From Lama guanicoe (lineage: Eukaryota), in the NCBI GenBank assembly GCA_013239625.1, contig MU053873.1, positions 1,564,524 to 1,628,523 on the forward strand: 64,000 bases of DNA. The letters are read 5' to 3'. Position numbers and translations under genes: made by a program. Positions 39,346 through 50,530 of this stretch are shown in pieces. Each line of letters starts with the position of its first letter. Position 1 is the stretch's first letter. The notes beneath the pieces were generated by a model. The model saw only the letters and a list, made by a program, of their open reading frames with translations, did no database searches and was not told the DNA's origin.

Positions 39346-42300
39346 TATTTCCCTTTGCCTCTTGGGTTGCAAGTGGTTAACCCAGTACCTTGGGTTTGTG
39401 GACACTGAGCTGGCAGGGTATACAAAGTACATGTCAATTTGGACAGTAAAGAAGAAAAACTGTTTCTGATACTAGCTGCAGGTGCACTTCCCCTTTTCTT
39501 AAAACTACATGCTGTTACTCAATAAGCGATTATATTGAATATTCTGTGTATGTACATTTACTCATCCCACAAAATATAACCTTTATGAAAATTATGTACA
39601 ATAAGGGGGAAAACATGCTAGATGTGAAGTAAAACATGTTTAAGTCTTCAAAATAATGTTTAATGGTAGTGTCATCAATGTGGTTATATTTTGAGTAGTT
39701 TAAATTTTCTCTGTTTTGTGTCTCAAACTAAAAGTCCTTAAAGGTGGTTTGAAAAATATGAGCAAATTTCCTTCTCAACCTCCATGTCCCATGAAACTGA
39801 CTTGTCAGGTGCAGTTCTTCTGCAAATATTCGGGTCACAGAGCAAGGGGTAATGACTCCTGTGTGCTAAGTCTGCAGCTGGAAATCATGCTTTGGCAAGA
39901 ATAAGAGTAATTTATATCTTATAAAGAGAGAAAAGTATTGTCTTATTCCAACCAGATAGTTTGTTAGCACAACTGTTTGTGTGCATTTTGGTATTCAAAT
40001 ACAGATGTTCCAAAATGTTTCCACTGTGGGAAGCAGCTGCTGCTATTCTAGCACAAAAATCTCAGAGATTAATACACAAAGGCAGCATGAACCTTAGTGG
40101 CGAATGCAGCATCTGCTTGAGGTGGGGCCTGTGATTCCCCATAGATAATGGGTCTTCAGATTCTCGGTAACAGCCTGAAACCATGTTTCAGATCTAAGCT
40201 CCTTCTACAGGAACAGGAACAAAGACAAGTGATTAATTTGTAATTCATTTAGCTGATAAATATCATCACATGTTATTTGCCCAAAGGCTGTAAAACATTG
40301 GACTTTATTTCCTGGGGCAACTGATAGGAATATAGATATTTGGTCATAATGACTGATGTTTTCAGTTGCTGCTAGTAGCTTCTGCTTGGCCCAGCTAGCT
40401 TGTAGACATAAAATATCCATCCACACCTTAGTGATGCATTCACAGAGAACTTTACAGTTTACTCAGGACGCTCACATGCACTGCCTCATCTGACCCCATC
40501 CTCGCCCGGGTATGCACACTATTATTAAGAACAATTTACATGTAAAGAAAATAGAGGTAAAGAAAGGAAATGACTTATCAGGGTTACACAGACTGGGCCT
40601 CTGACTCGAAATCCTATTCCATTTTATCCTACATCAAGCTACCTTTTCAATTTCAGAGGCTGTGATGTGTGCTTCATAAACTGTATCGTCCTTTCTAGAG
40701 ATGCTGGTTTCTAGGACACGTGTCATGCAGACCCCAGCCTGGCAGCACTGCCCGGCAACTGGAAGGTGCCAGGGAAGAGATGATGCAGTAGTCTCCCTCT
40801 TTCCCTCACACCCCAGAGGAAGATGCCCAAATTCCTTATATTCAGGAGCGCTTCAGCAAGTGAGCGCCTTTGTCTCCTGGTATTTACAGAAATGAAGAAC
40901 CAGAAGCAGAAGATCCTGGGGCTGTCATTCGGAGTTGCCATAAACCAGAAGTTTCTAAGAACAGTGATGCCCAGGGTGCTTTGCCTGCCTCAGGTCTTAT
41001 AAATCAATTCCCTGCAGTGTTCAAGGGCTCATTGCCTCCAACCAGATCTACTATTTGGAATTATCGAGTAAATTATTTATGGTTTACTCATTTGACAGAG
41101 GCTTGTGGCTGACTTTGAAAACACTCAGTTCCTGGCTTACTGCTGAGCCTAGAAATGTCTGTCTGAAAAACCAAGGCTTTTAAGGAGTTAAGTTTCTAAA
41201 GGTCCTAGAGCTGGTATACGGCAGTACAGTTTTGAACCAAGTGCGTCTGAATCTAAGTTACACTAGCTCCACAGTGAAAGAGCCATGTGTTTTACTTTGA
41301 GGACAGCAAAGATGTGCAGGTGGGAGAGTTTGTGGACTGTGTCCTGGTCCCTCACCCGCGTTGGGCACAGAAGAACCCCAGAGAGTGAGGAGGGGAGGGC
41401 CAGTTACAGGCAGAGAGGAGAGATCCAGTCCCTGGGCATGCAGCAAAGAGAAAAGGAGCATGTTGGGCTCAGGGATGGGAGCTGAGCAGAAGAAAGGCCC
41501 ACTTACAACATGCTGACGTGAAGTCTTAACCTCTGGTCCCGAAGAGTTTCCCAAAGTAGGAACCTAAGGCCAGTACACTCCACGGGGCATGCTCTTAGGT
41601 GACATCATTGCTGCTTCTGCCAGAGTCACGTTGCTACAGGATTGTGATTTTCGTGGAACTGTATCTGCTCTCTAGCACTGAGAAAAAATTTTTAAAAGTA
41701 CATTTCTAAGTATTTCCCCTCTTATTTTCCTAAATCTTTTTGTTGGAACATCTGTGAAATGATAAAAGCAACTTAAAACTATGTGGAACCCTTTGCAAAT
41801 ACACGATTTGTAAGCATCATAAAGATGGTCAGTGTTTCAGTTATTTTGATCAAGAACTGATACTTCACAAAGAAATAAGGTAGCAAATCACTGACAACTA
41901 TGAAATATTCATAAAGGTGTTCTGAAGTGCACAGACATAGCTTATAAGGAAATACCCTTACTCTGGGTGGGACAGCCTTCCCTTGTTGTTAGTCCCTAGC
42001 CTGGAGGCCCTCGTGAAGATCACCTGCCTACTTGTGACAGAGTGTTCCTTTGTTCTGCCAGGATCACGTGTTTGTGTTAGGAAGAGGGAGCATCACGAAG
42101 AAAGGGGGCTGTGTGGCTCTAGCTGTAGGCACAGTGTGAAGGAAGGAAGGAAGAGGAGGGCAGCAAGTTGTACAGTGAAAAGAAGGGCAGAAAAAGCCCA
42201 GTGTAACTTCCCCTTTATGCCTCTGCAAAGGAGTTAGAAACTAAAGATGAGAATCTAAGACTGTTTGCACTTGGTAAGATTCTAGAACCTGTGTGATTTC

Positions 42301-43144
42301 TCCTTTGTTATTTTTGTGGCCTCTGGTTCACTATACCAGTACAGAGTCATTGTCATTAAAACCTTTAAGACAAGAAGGGCTCATGTTCTTTTCTTTAGAC
42401 AAGAAACATAAGTGGCAAGCAATGTGGGGGGATGAGGAAGATAGCATCTTTCTGCAGAGAGGCTGGGGTCAGAGGAGCCTCTAGGCAGGAAGAACAAAGC
42501 TGGGAGAGCAGGCGAGGCCCCATGGGGACCACCCTATTCAGAGGGTTAGGTGTGTCATTTTCCTCTGGGGCTCATCCAATCGAAGCCCTCGACAACAGCC
42601 AGCACTGATGAAGTCACATTGAGGGAACAAAGCTAAGAGAACAGGACCCTCCACTGGGCCCTGGGTCACAGAATTGTCAATCATCATTCTAAACATCTCC
42701 CTTGTCATTAATGTATCCATTGGCTTTGGAACAAGACAAGATGTGAGAAATGTCCAGGACTGCAAAGAGCCAAGCATGGATTCCTCCTGTGAATGTCCTG
42801 TGCTATATTATGTGTAATCATTCATTTTGGTTTCTTCAACGTTTTCTCATACTACAGAGGTTAATAGCTATTAACAGAGATATAACATCATAATATTAGA
42901 AATGTCAATTCTTTAAACTAAGATGAAGGTTATATGGAATACATCCTGTTTATATGAGATTCAATATTGAAACCTACTGATTAAATCGCCATTGCCTTAT
43001 ATGAGGAACTTGCTGTTTGGATGTGCTGTTTTTTAGTTCTGCACAGGTCTGTGGACCACTGATAGAAACACCATTAGAAATTGGATTTGATGGTTACAGG
43101 CAAACTCTCTAACATTTTATCTGCTGAAACAAACCAAAGCCATT

Positions 43145-43193
43145 TTCTGATGTGTGTTCATTTCTATTTCTCTGCCTTATCCATTCTCTCCAG
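43145..43193 (+). promoter_or_regulatory. TTC28: 3' splice site of the TTC28 exon (candidate branch point CTGAT, polypyrimidine tract, CAG)
   Basis: CTGAT at 43147-43151, then an AG-free pyrimidine-rich tract tttctatttctctgccttatccattctctc, then CAG. Confidence 0.8.
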
Positions 43194-43701
43194 GCGGCTT
43201 CATCAGCCCTGAGCAGTCTGGGCCATGTGTACACAGCCATTGGGGACTACCCCAACGCACTGGCCAGTCACAAACAGTGTGTCCTTCTCGCCAAGCAATC
43301 CAAAGATGAGCTTTCTGAAGCCCGAGAACTCGGAAACATGGGAGCTGTTTATATTGCCATGGGTGACTTTGAGAATGCTGTGCAGTGCCACGAGCAGCAT
43401 CTGAAGATAGCCAAGGACCTGGGGAACAAACGAGAAGAGGCACGAGCCTATAGCAACCTGGGCAGTGCCTATCACTACAGGAGGAACTTTGACAAGGCCA
43501 TGTCTTACCACAACTACGTGCTGGAGCTCGCGCAGGAATTGATGGAGAAAGCCATTGAGATGAGGGCGTATGCTGGCCTGGGCCATGCTGCCAGGTGCAT
43601 GCAGGATTTGGAGAGGGCTAAACAGTACCACGAGCAGCAGCTGGGCATTGCTGAGGACCTCAAGGACCGGGCTGCAGAGGGACGAGCATCCTCCAATCTG
43701 G
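43194..43701 (+). CDS. TTC28: Internal coding exon of tetratricopeptide repeat protein 28 (probably orthologous to human exon 6), 508 nt, phase 0 to phase 1
   Basis: Polypyrimidine tract + CAG at 43191-43193 and donor G|GTAAGG after 43701. Translation AASSALSSLGHVYTAIGDYPNALASHKQCVLLAKQSKDELSEARELGNMGAVY...EGRASSNLG shows four 40-aa TPR units plus the start of a fifth and matches my recollection of TTC28. Confidence 0.95.
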
Positions 43702-44794
43702 GTAAGGACAGGATTGCTTGCAGGTTCCAGGGTCAGTGCCATGGAGATAGCTAGAGTAACACATTGTCTTTTACAGGAATCTGTGTGTGTTTACATTAAA
43801 AAAAAACTCCTCATTGTGTGTGTTGTATGTTTCCTTCAGATAGGTTTCCTTGGAGTCTGCTTGCTCTAAATCACAGGATCCTTTCTGTCATCACAGTGCT
43901 CTGAGGATTAGTACTCTGAAATACTGGGAAAACAAAACACCCTAACCTTTTAATCTGCCTAGAGAGAGGAGTGACCAGATTTATCTAATTAGAAGGGGAA
44001 TGAAATGAGGATATAAAGCTATGTTTGGTTTAAATGAAAGAGAAGCTGCTAGGAAGTCATCAGTGGAAGGGAATTTGAGAGGTTTTTGTTTAGAGGGATT
44101 TCTTTACTTGGTGACTTCAACCCCACAGGAAAGGTATTTTTTTCCCTCAATGCATGTATAGTCACAAGTGATATTGATAGTTTTAGTATAAATGTAAAAT
44201 GATTTTTTGAAAGATTTAAATAAGATAGATTTGCAGTCTATGTTTTGATAGTACTTGGTTACAGTTAAGACATTTATAAATTTGGGGGAATTTATATGTA
44301 ATGGAAAGAGACAGTAAGTACTTGTGTCTGGCTACTGTTTAGAAGCAATTGTTATCTTGTCTCTGTACCAAAACAGATGTAGGTACATAATGAATGAGAG
44401 GAACAGATGTGTTCAGAAGTATAAGCTGAACTCATCCTGGTACTGGGAGCCCATGGTTTGCTCTGTGTCCACAGGGACTCAGGGTGGGGAGAGGACAAGG
44501 AGAAGGTGACCTTGTTGGCATTAGTGTATGCTTATCGGACACTAGTGGCAGTGGAGTGTAAAACTCAGTCCACTTTTCTTATGTGACCTACAAGACCCTA
44601 TTTCTATGTATATAGCTTTAGCATTAGTCCTCCCTCCTCTCTGCCTCTGCTTATTGTTAACCATATGTTTTATGAATATAGTTGTTAGAAAAAGTCTGGC
44701 ACATCCCTGGATATGACTCTGAAGATGGTATTGAGATCAGAATGAGAATCTAGAGAGTCTGATAAGAACCACAGAAATAAGTTCTTGGTATTAT

Positions 44795-45350
44795 ATATAC
44801 ATTCAACAAGTTTTAAGTATTTATTAAATCACGACTATGTGCTGAATCCTGGAATAAATGCCTTAAGTGATCCTTGCCCTCAAAAAGGTTGTAATTTAGC
44901 CGGGAAAATAAGACTAATACATAGGACAACAGTGGCCTCCCTACAAAACAGTGTTGATGATGTTGTGTAGCCTTGAAATTCCTCAAGGGGAGACCCTGAG
45001 GGCTGGGACTAGCCTGGAAAGCTTCTTGGAGGAGATTAGACCCAGGTGAAACTTAAAAGAATAAATGAGATTTGGCCAGGAATGGGATGGCACTGATGGC
45101 AAGGGGTATGTGAAGGAAGGAATTTGAGCAATAGGTCGACATATCTGAGGAATGATTGGCCTTCAGGAATGTGCTAGAAGGTTGTAGAAGATTAGTATGA
45201 AAACTAGGCTAAGGATTTACTAGCACACGGGAACTCCTGAAGGTTTTGAAATACAGGAGTGAGAAGATCGGCTTGATATTTAAGGAAGGCAAGTCAAGCA
45301 GTGGCACATAGGATAGGCTGACAGGCTCGGAACCTGGAGTGTAGAAGGCT
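44795..45350 (-). mobile_element. L2 fragment
   Basis: cattcaacaag...tatttattaaatcacgactatgtgct...ggaaagcttcttggaggag. Confidence 0.7.
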
Positions 45351-47343
45351 GTGCGTATTGGACTATTCATATTTTCTCTGTTGTCATGTGTCAGTTTTGA
45401 TAAGTTGTATTTTCCAAGGACTCTGTTCATTTCATTTAAACTGTTGAATTTATTGACATGAAGATATTTATAACGTTTCCTTATTTCACTTTTAATGCTT
45501 GTAGGATATATAGCGATCTGCCCTCGTTCATTTCTGTTATTGGTAGTTTGTTTTTTGCACCTGTACAAACTGCCTCACCCCCCCACCCCCAATTCTGGAT
45601 CATTCTAGCTAGAGATTTTTCAATTTTCTTGATCTTTTTAAAGAACCAACTTTTGCTTCTGTTAATTTTTTTCTATTGTTTGTCTATTTTCTATTTCATT
45701 TTTCTGGTCTCATTTTTATCATTTTCTTTGGATCTTCTTTCTAGCTTCTCAAGGTTGAAACTTAGCTCACTGATTTTAGACCTTATTTCCAACACAAGCA
45801 TTAAAACTTATAAAATTTCTCTAAACACTGCTTTAACTGTATTTTATAATTTTTGATGTACTATGTTTTTACCTTCAATATATTTTGTAAAATTGATTTC
45901 CCTTTAACCCTTCTGTTGTTTAGAAGTTCTGTTTAATTTAAAACATTTGAGATTTTCCTATACACTTTATTGTTATCTAATTCTAGCTTAATTTCATTGT
46001 GGTCAGAGAACGTATTTTGTAGGATATCTTCTTATGCTTATTGTTTGTGTGTTTCATTTTTTCTGCCTTTACTCTCTATTTCTCCGTGTCTTTAATTTGT
46101 TGACTGCAGATAACACCTACTTAGAGCTTGCTTCTTTATTGATTTTCACAATTATGGCCTTTTGATCAGAGAACTTCTTCATTTAACATTTAATGTAATT
46201 ATTGGTATCGTTGGGTTTAGGTCTGTCATTTTACTGTTGGTTTCCTGTTTATCCCATTTTTATTTTGGTCTCAGTTTTTCCTTTCCTGCCTTCTACTGGT
46301 TAATATAATCGTATATTTTATTTTAATTTGTCTATTTGCTTTTTAGCTCTTCATCTTTGCATTATTTTTTAATGGTTGCTTGAAGGATGATAATATATAT
46401 CCTTAACTTTTCATGGTTTACTTTGAGCTAATATTGTACCACTTCCTGTAAAATATAAGGACCTTATGACTTTGTGTGTCCATTTACTCCCTGCTCCCTG
46501 TACTTTGTCCTGTAGTTGTCATATTTATAACTACACCTATATTCTTTTTAAACTCCACAATGCAGTGTTCTTTCTTTTGTTTTATACAGTCATTTTAAAG
46601 AATTAAGAGGAAAATTATGTTTTCTACTTATCTACTTATTTATCATTTCTGGTACTTACATTCACTCTTGAAGATCTGAGTTTCCATCTGGTATCATTTA
46701 CCTTCAGCCTAAAGAACTTCATGTAGCATTTCTTGTAATGCAGGTGTGCTAGTGATGAATTCTCTTCATTTTGTTTACTTTAAAATGTGTTTATTTCACC
46801 TTCATTCTTGAAGGATATTTTTGCTAGAAACAGAATTCTATGTTGATAGGGTTTTTTTTCTTTCAGCCATTTAAAGTAGTCTTTCCAGTGTTTTTTTGGC
46901 TCCCATTATTTCTAATAAGAAGTCAGTGGAATTGATAATCTTTCTGATATGTGCTAATTTTTCCTTGACAGCTTTTAAGATTCCTTCTAACTTTGGTTTT
47001 CAGCAGTTTATGGTATGTCTAAATGGCATTCTTTGTATTTTTTCCTTCCTGTGGTACTTTGAGCTTTTGAATCAGCAGGTATACATCTTTCCTCAAATTT
47101 AGGGAATTTTTGCGTATTATTTAAAAGTTATTTCCCTTTGTTCGCTCAATCTCTCCTCTATTTATGAGACTCTGCATTATTTTTGGCTTTTTGATACTGT
47201 CCTGTGTATTACTGAGGGAGGCTCTGTTCATGTTTTAATCTTTTTTTCTCTATATTCTTCAGAATTGAAAATTTCTGTTAATTTTTCTTCAAGTTCACTA
47301 ACTCGTTCTTCTGTTAGTTCCAAACTTCTGTTAAACCCACCAG

Positions 47344-47884
47344 TGATGCAGCATTTGGTATTCCCCAAGACTACTCTCACTTCTGACATCGACTATAACC
47401 AGGGATCACCAAGACCACCCTCAGGTCCAGAATTCACTGAAAGCTGTTATTCTCATAGTTATGGTTTATTACAGTGAAAGGATACATATTAAAATTAGCC
47501 AAGTTAAAAAAAATTAGCCAGGGAAGAAGCACATGGGCTAGAGTCCAGGAGAGTTCTAAGCATGAAGCTTTCATTTGTCTTCTCCCAGTGCAGTCATGAT
47601 CAGTGCTAACTCCTCTAAGCAACAATATGTGACCAGGAGACTCCTTTGAGATTTCTTGTTTTTATTGGACCCTGGTCACATAGATTGACCACTTGGGTGG
47701 GTGACCTTACTTTCCAGCCTCTCTGGAGTTTGAGCTGAAAGCCCTTACTGTAAATCACATTGTTAGCATTGACTATCTGGCATGGCCAACATTCTCAGGT
47801 AAACAAAGACTCTTAGGCAGGACTCCCAGAGCTGACGGCAAAGGCTGGACCTCTCTTTGGACAAGCTTAATTCTTTACTGTGTA
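47344..47884. mobile_element. MER21-type (ERVL) solo LTR nested in L1
   Basis: ccaagaccaccctcagg...gttatggtttattacagtgaaaggatacatattaaaattagccaag...caggtaaacaaagac...gacctctctttgg. Confidence 0.8.
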
Positions 47885-48108
47885 AGTAAATTTTAAAATT
47901 CAGATATGTATTGTATTTTTTAGCTCTACACTTTCTTGGTTCTTTTAATTAACATTTCAGCTTTTCTGTTAAGATTTGTGTGTTTATTCATTTCATGTAT
48001 ATTTTCCTTCACATAGTTGGCCCTAGTTATTACAAAAGCTTTTAAAACTTTTTTTGCGAAGTCCATGTGGGTTATTTCAGAGTTAGACCCTATTGACTGC
48101 CTGTTGTT

Positions 48109-48222
48109 GATGTAGATGTTGTTGTTTTTAACAGCTTGACCGAGATATAGTTCACATACCAAGTTTCTCCATTTAAGGTATAGAATTCAGTGGTTTATAG
48201 TATAGTCACAGAATTGTGCATC
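48109..48222 (-). mobile_element. Short L1MB-type 3' tail nested in an older L1
   Basis: ttttaacagcttgaccgagatatagttcacatacc...; 12/14 TSD gactgcctgttgtt (48095-48108) / gattgccttttgtt (48223-48236). Confidence 0.75.
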
Positions 48223-48942
48223 GATTGCCTTTTGTTTTGAGTGTTACATTTTAATGTATTCTTTGATATGGGATTACATTCACCATTGTCAGTGATACTT
48301 TATAGAGGTTCTGGATTCTGATATATTTCTCTTAATAGCACTGACGTTTGTTGTTTTGCTGGTATCTTGACTTCATTCAAGCTCCAAGTTCAGCCGTCCT
48401 TGTGGTGGGTGGAAACTGAAATCTTTGTTCTGGTCTTTCAGCTTTAGCTGAGCTGCTTATATTTGGTCTTGCACATGAATATTTCAGGAGTTAGACAGAG
48501 AATTCTGTAGAATTTGTACTCAGAATTCAAGGGTCCCCACTGCAGTGCTCTCTGGGATTTTTCCTTTGGTTCCTCAAACCAGATAGACTGTGTGTTTCTA
48601 CCTAAGTCACATCACCTGGCACTAATTGGGGCTTGGCCCCTGCCTGCCTCCCAGAATGCCCTGTGGCATTTCAAAAATGGAAAACTTACCCTATGCCAAA
48701 GCCAATGCCATTCCCTTCTTCAAAGAGTGAACTCTAGCCTCCCTATAGTTGTTCACTGCTTTTGGCTGCACTCCAGTGTTTTTAGGTAGATTCCTTCATC
48801 TGCCTCCTTCTTGCTGGTCCCCCTGCTCCTGCCCCCTGCCAAACTTTATAGTTGTTGTCTATAGGAAATTGGTCTGAAAGGAGCTATTCCTCCATTACTG
48901 AAAGTGGAACTCCATCTATTCATTTTTAACCCATTGCAATTT

Positions 48943-49091
48943 ATTTATTTTTTATTTATATATATATTTTGGGGAGCTAATTAGGTTCATTTTTTTATAT
49001 ACTTATTTATTTAATGGAGGTACTGGGGGTTGAATCTAGTACCTCATGAATGCTAAGCACACACTATACCACTGAGCTATACCCTCATCCC
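48943..49091 (-). mobile_element. Camelid tRNA-Ala-derived SINE (Vic-1-like) with perfect 16-bp TSD
   Basis: Reverse complement GGGTATAGCTCAGTGGTATAGTGTGTGCTTAGCATTCATGAGG...CCCCCAGTACCTCCA. TSD taacccattgcaattt at 48927-48942 and 49092-49107. Confidence 0.93.
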
Positions 49092-50054
49092 TAACCCATT
49101 GCAATTTGATTTGAGTTTTTTTGTCCCCCAAAAAAGATCAACAGTGATTTCCTCAAGGTTTAATTGAGAGATCTGTTGACATTTCTAAATTTCCCCAATC
49201 AGTATGCAACTTTTGGCATGCTCTACTAACTTTTCCTTGAAACTCTTTTTTTGTCTAGTCTGTGTGAAGCACCACTATCCTGAGTTTCTTCTTGGCTGCT
49301 CATTCTATACTAATTTTCATTGGCTTTTCTTGTCCCTCTTTTTAAAAAAAAAATGAACATTTTAAAGAAGTTACAGAAGTGGTACTTTTGTTAAAAAATT
49401 CATAACAGTACAAAAGTGTATAAAGTAGAAAAAGGAGGTCCACCCCCTTACATAGCCTCTGTCCTACTTCTCAAAGTTAACTACTGCTAACAATTTGGTT
49501 AGACTCTTTCCAGACCTTTTTACTCTGCACATAAACACATGGAAGTATAATCATATATGTAAATATACACATGTGTGTACAGACTGTTCCTTTTTAAAAA
49601 AACTTGGATCATAATATACATCTACTTTTCTGCCACCTGCTTGTTCTATTCTGCCTTCCCTCTTTAGACTTCCCTCTGTGTCATTATCAGGTATCCTACA
49701 GTATATTTAATGGCTCTTTTCCATTGTATTGTCATTTGTTAAATGTGGGAGTTCTTATGTTTTGTTCCTTGATTCTTTCCCATTCTTTCTTTGCATATCT
49801 CTCTGCATTACTTTCACTACCATACCTTCAACTACTGCTTCAGCATACATTGTTTCTAACTCAATATTCACCAGCTCTGACCCCCTGCCTGAGCATCACT
49901 TTGACATTTTCAGCTGCCTGGTGGATACTTTATCTGATATTCCTGCTTACCTGTCCAAGTTTGTAAGTCTAAATGTAAAAATCTTTTTCCTAAATTAACT
50001 GCTTCTCCTAGCTTTCCTAACTTTGGTGATGACAGCCCTATTCTTCTAATCATC

Positions 50055-50530
50055 TGTATTAATTTTCTATTGGGGCTGTAACAAATTGCCACAAATGTGG
50101 GGGCTTCAAGCAACACAAATTTATTCTCTTACAGTTTTGAAGATCAGGAGTCTGGAGATCAATTTCATCAGGCTGAACTCAATGTCCACAAGCCTGGTTT
50201 CTTCTAGGCTCTAGGGGAGGATCACCTTGTGGCTGCCTGTTTTCCTTGGCTTGTGGCCTCTTCCTCCATCTTCAGTGTGCAGCACCCCAGTCTCTGTGTC
50301 TGAGTCATCACGTTGCCTTCTCTGCTGCCCCAGCTCCTCTTGTATCCCTCTTACAAGGACTGCTGTGATCACATCAGACCCTCTAGAGCAATCCGAAAAT
50401 AGTCTCAAGATCCATAACTTAATCACACCTCCAAAGACCCTTTTGCCGTGTAAACTAACATTCAAGGGTTCTGGGGATTAGGATGCAGACATATGGGGGT
50501 GGGGGTGGAGGACATCATTCAGCCTGTTCT
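50055..50530 (-). mobile_element. MLT1 (MLT1C/D-like) solo LTR
   Basis: tgtattaattttctattggggctgtaacaaattgccacaaa...tttattctcttacagtt...ggttctggggattaggatg...attcagcct. Confidence 0.88.

Larger units (their letters stand above)
45370..48910 (-). mobile_element. Old L1 (L1M4/L1ME-like) 5'/ORF1/ORF2-N-terminal remnant, interrupted by an LTR and a short L1 tail
   Basis: Minus-strand remnant IRKRYKYLHVNKFNSLNEMNRVLGKYNLSKL; ORF1-region sequence ttcattcttgaaggatatttttgctag...agaattcta. Confidence 0.82.

Noticed and set aside
43203..43742. 179-aa antisense ORF overlapping the TTC28 exon
   Set aside because: Shadow ORF produced by the codon pattern of the sense exon; no recognisable domain.
43152..43754. 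200-aa ORF as a standalone single-exon gene
   Set aside because: The N- and C-terminal extensions are splice-site and intron sequence; only 43194-43701 is TPR-coding.
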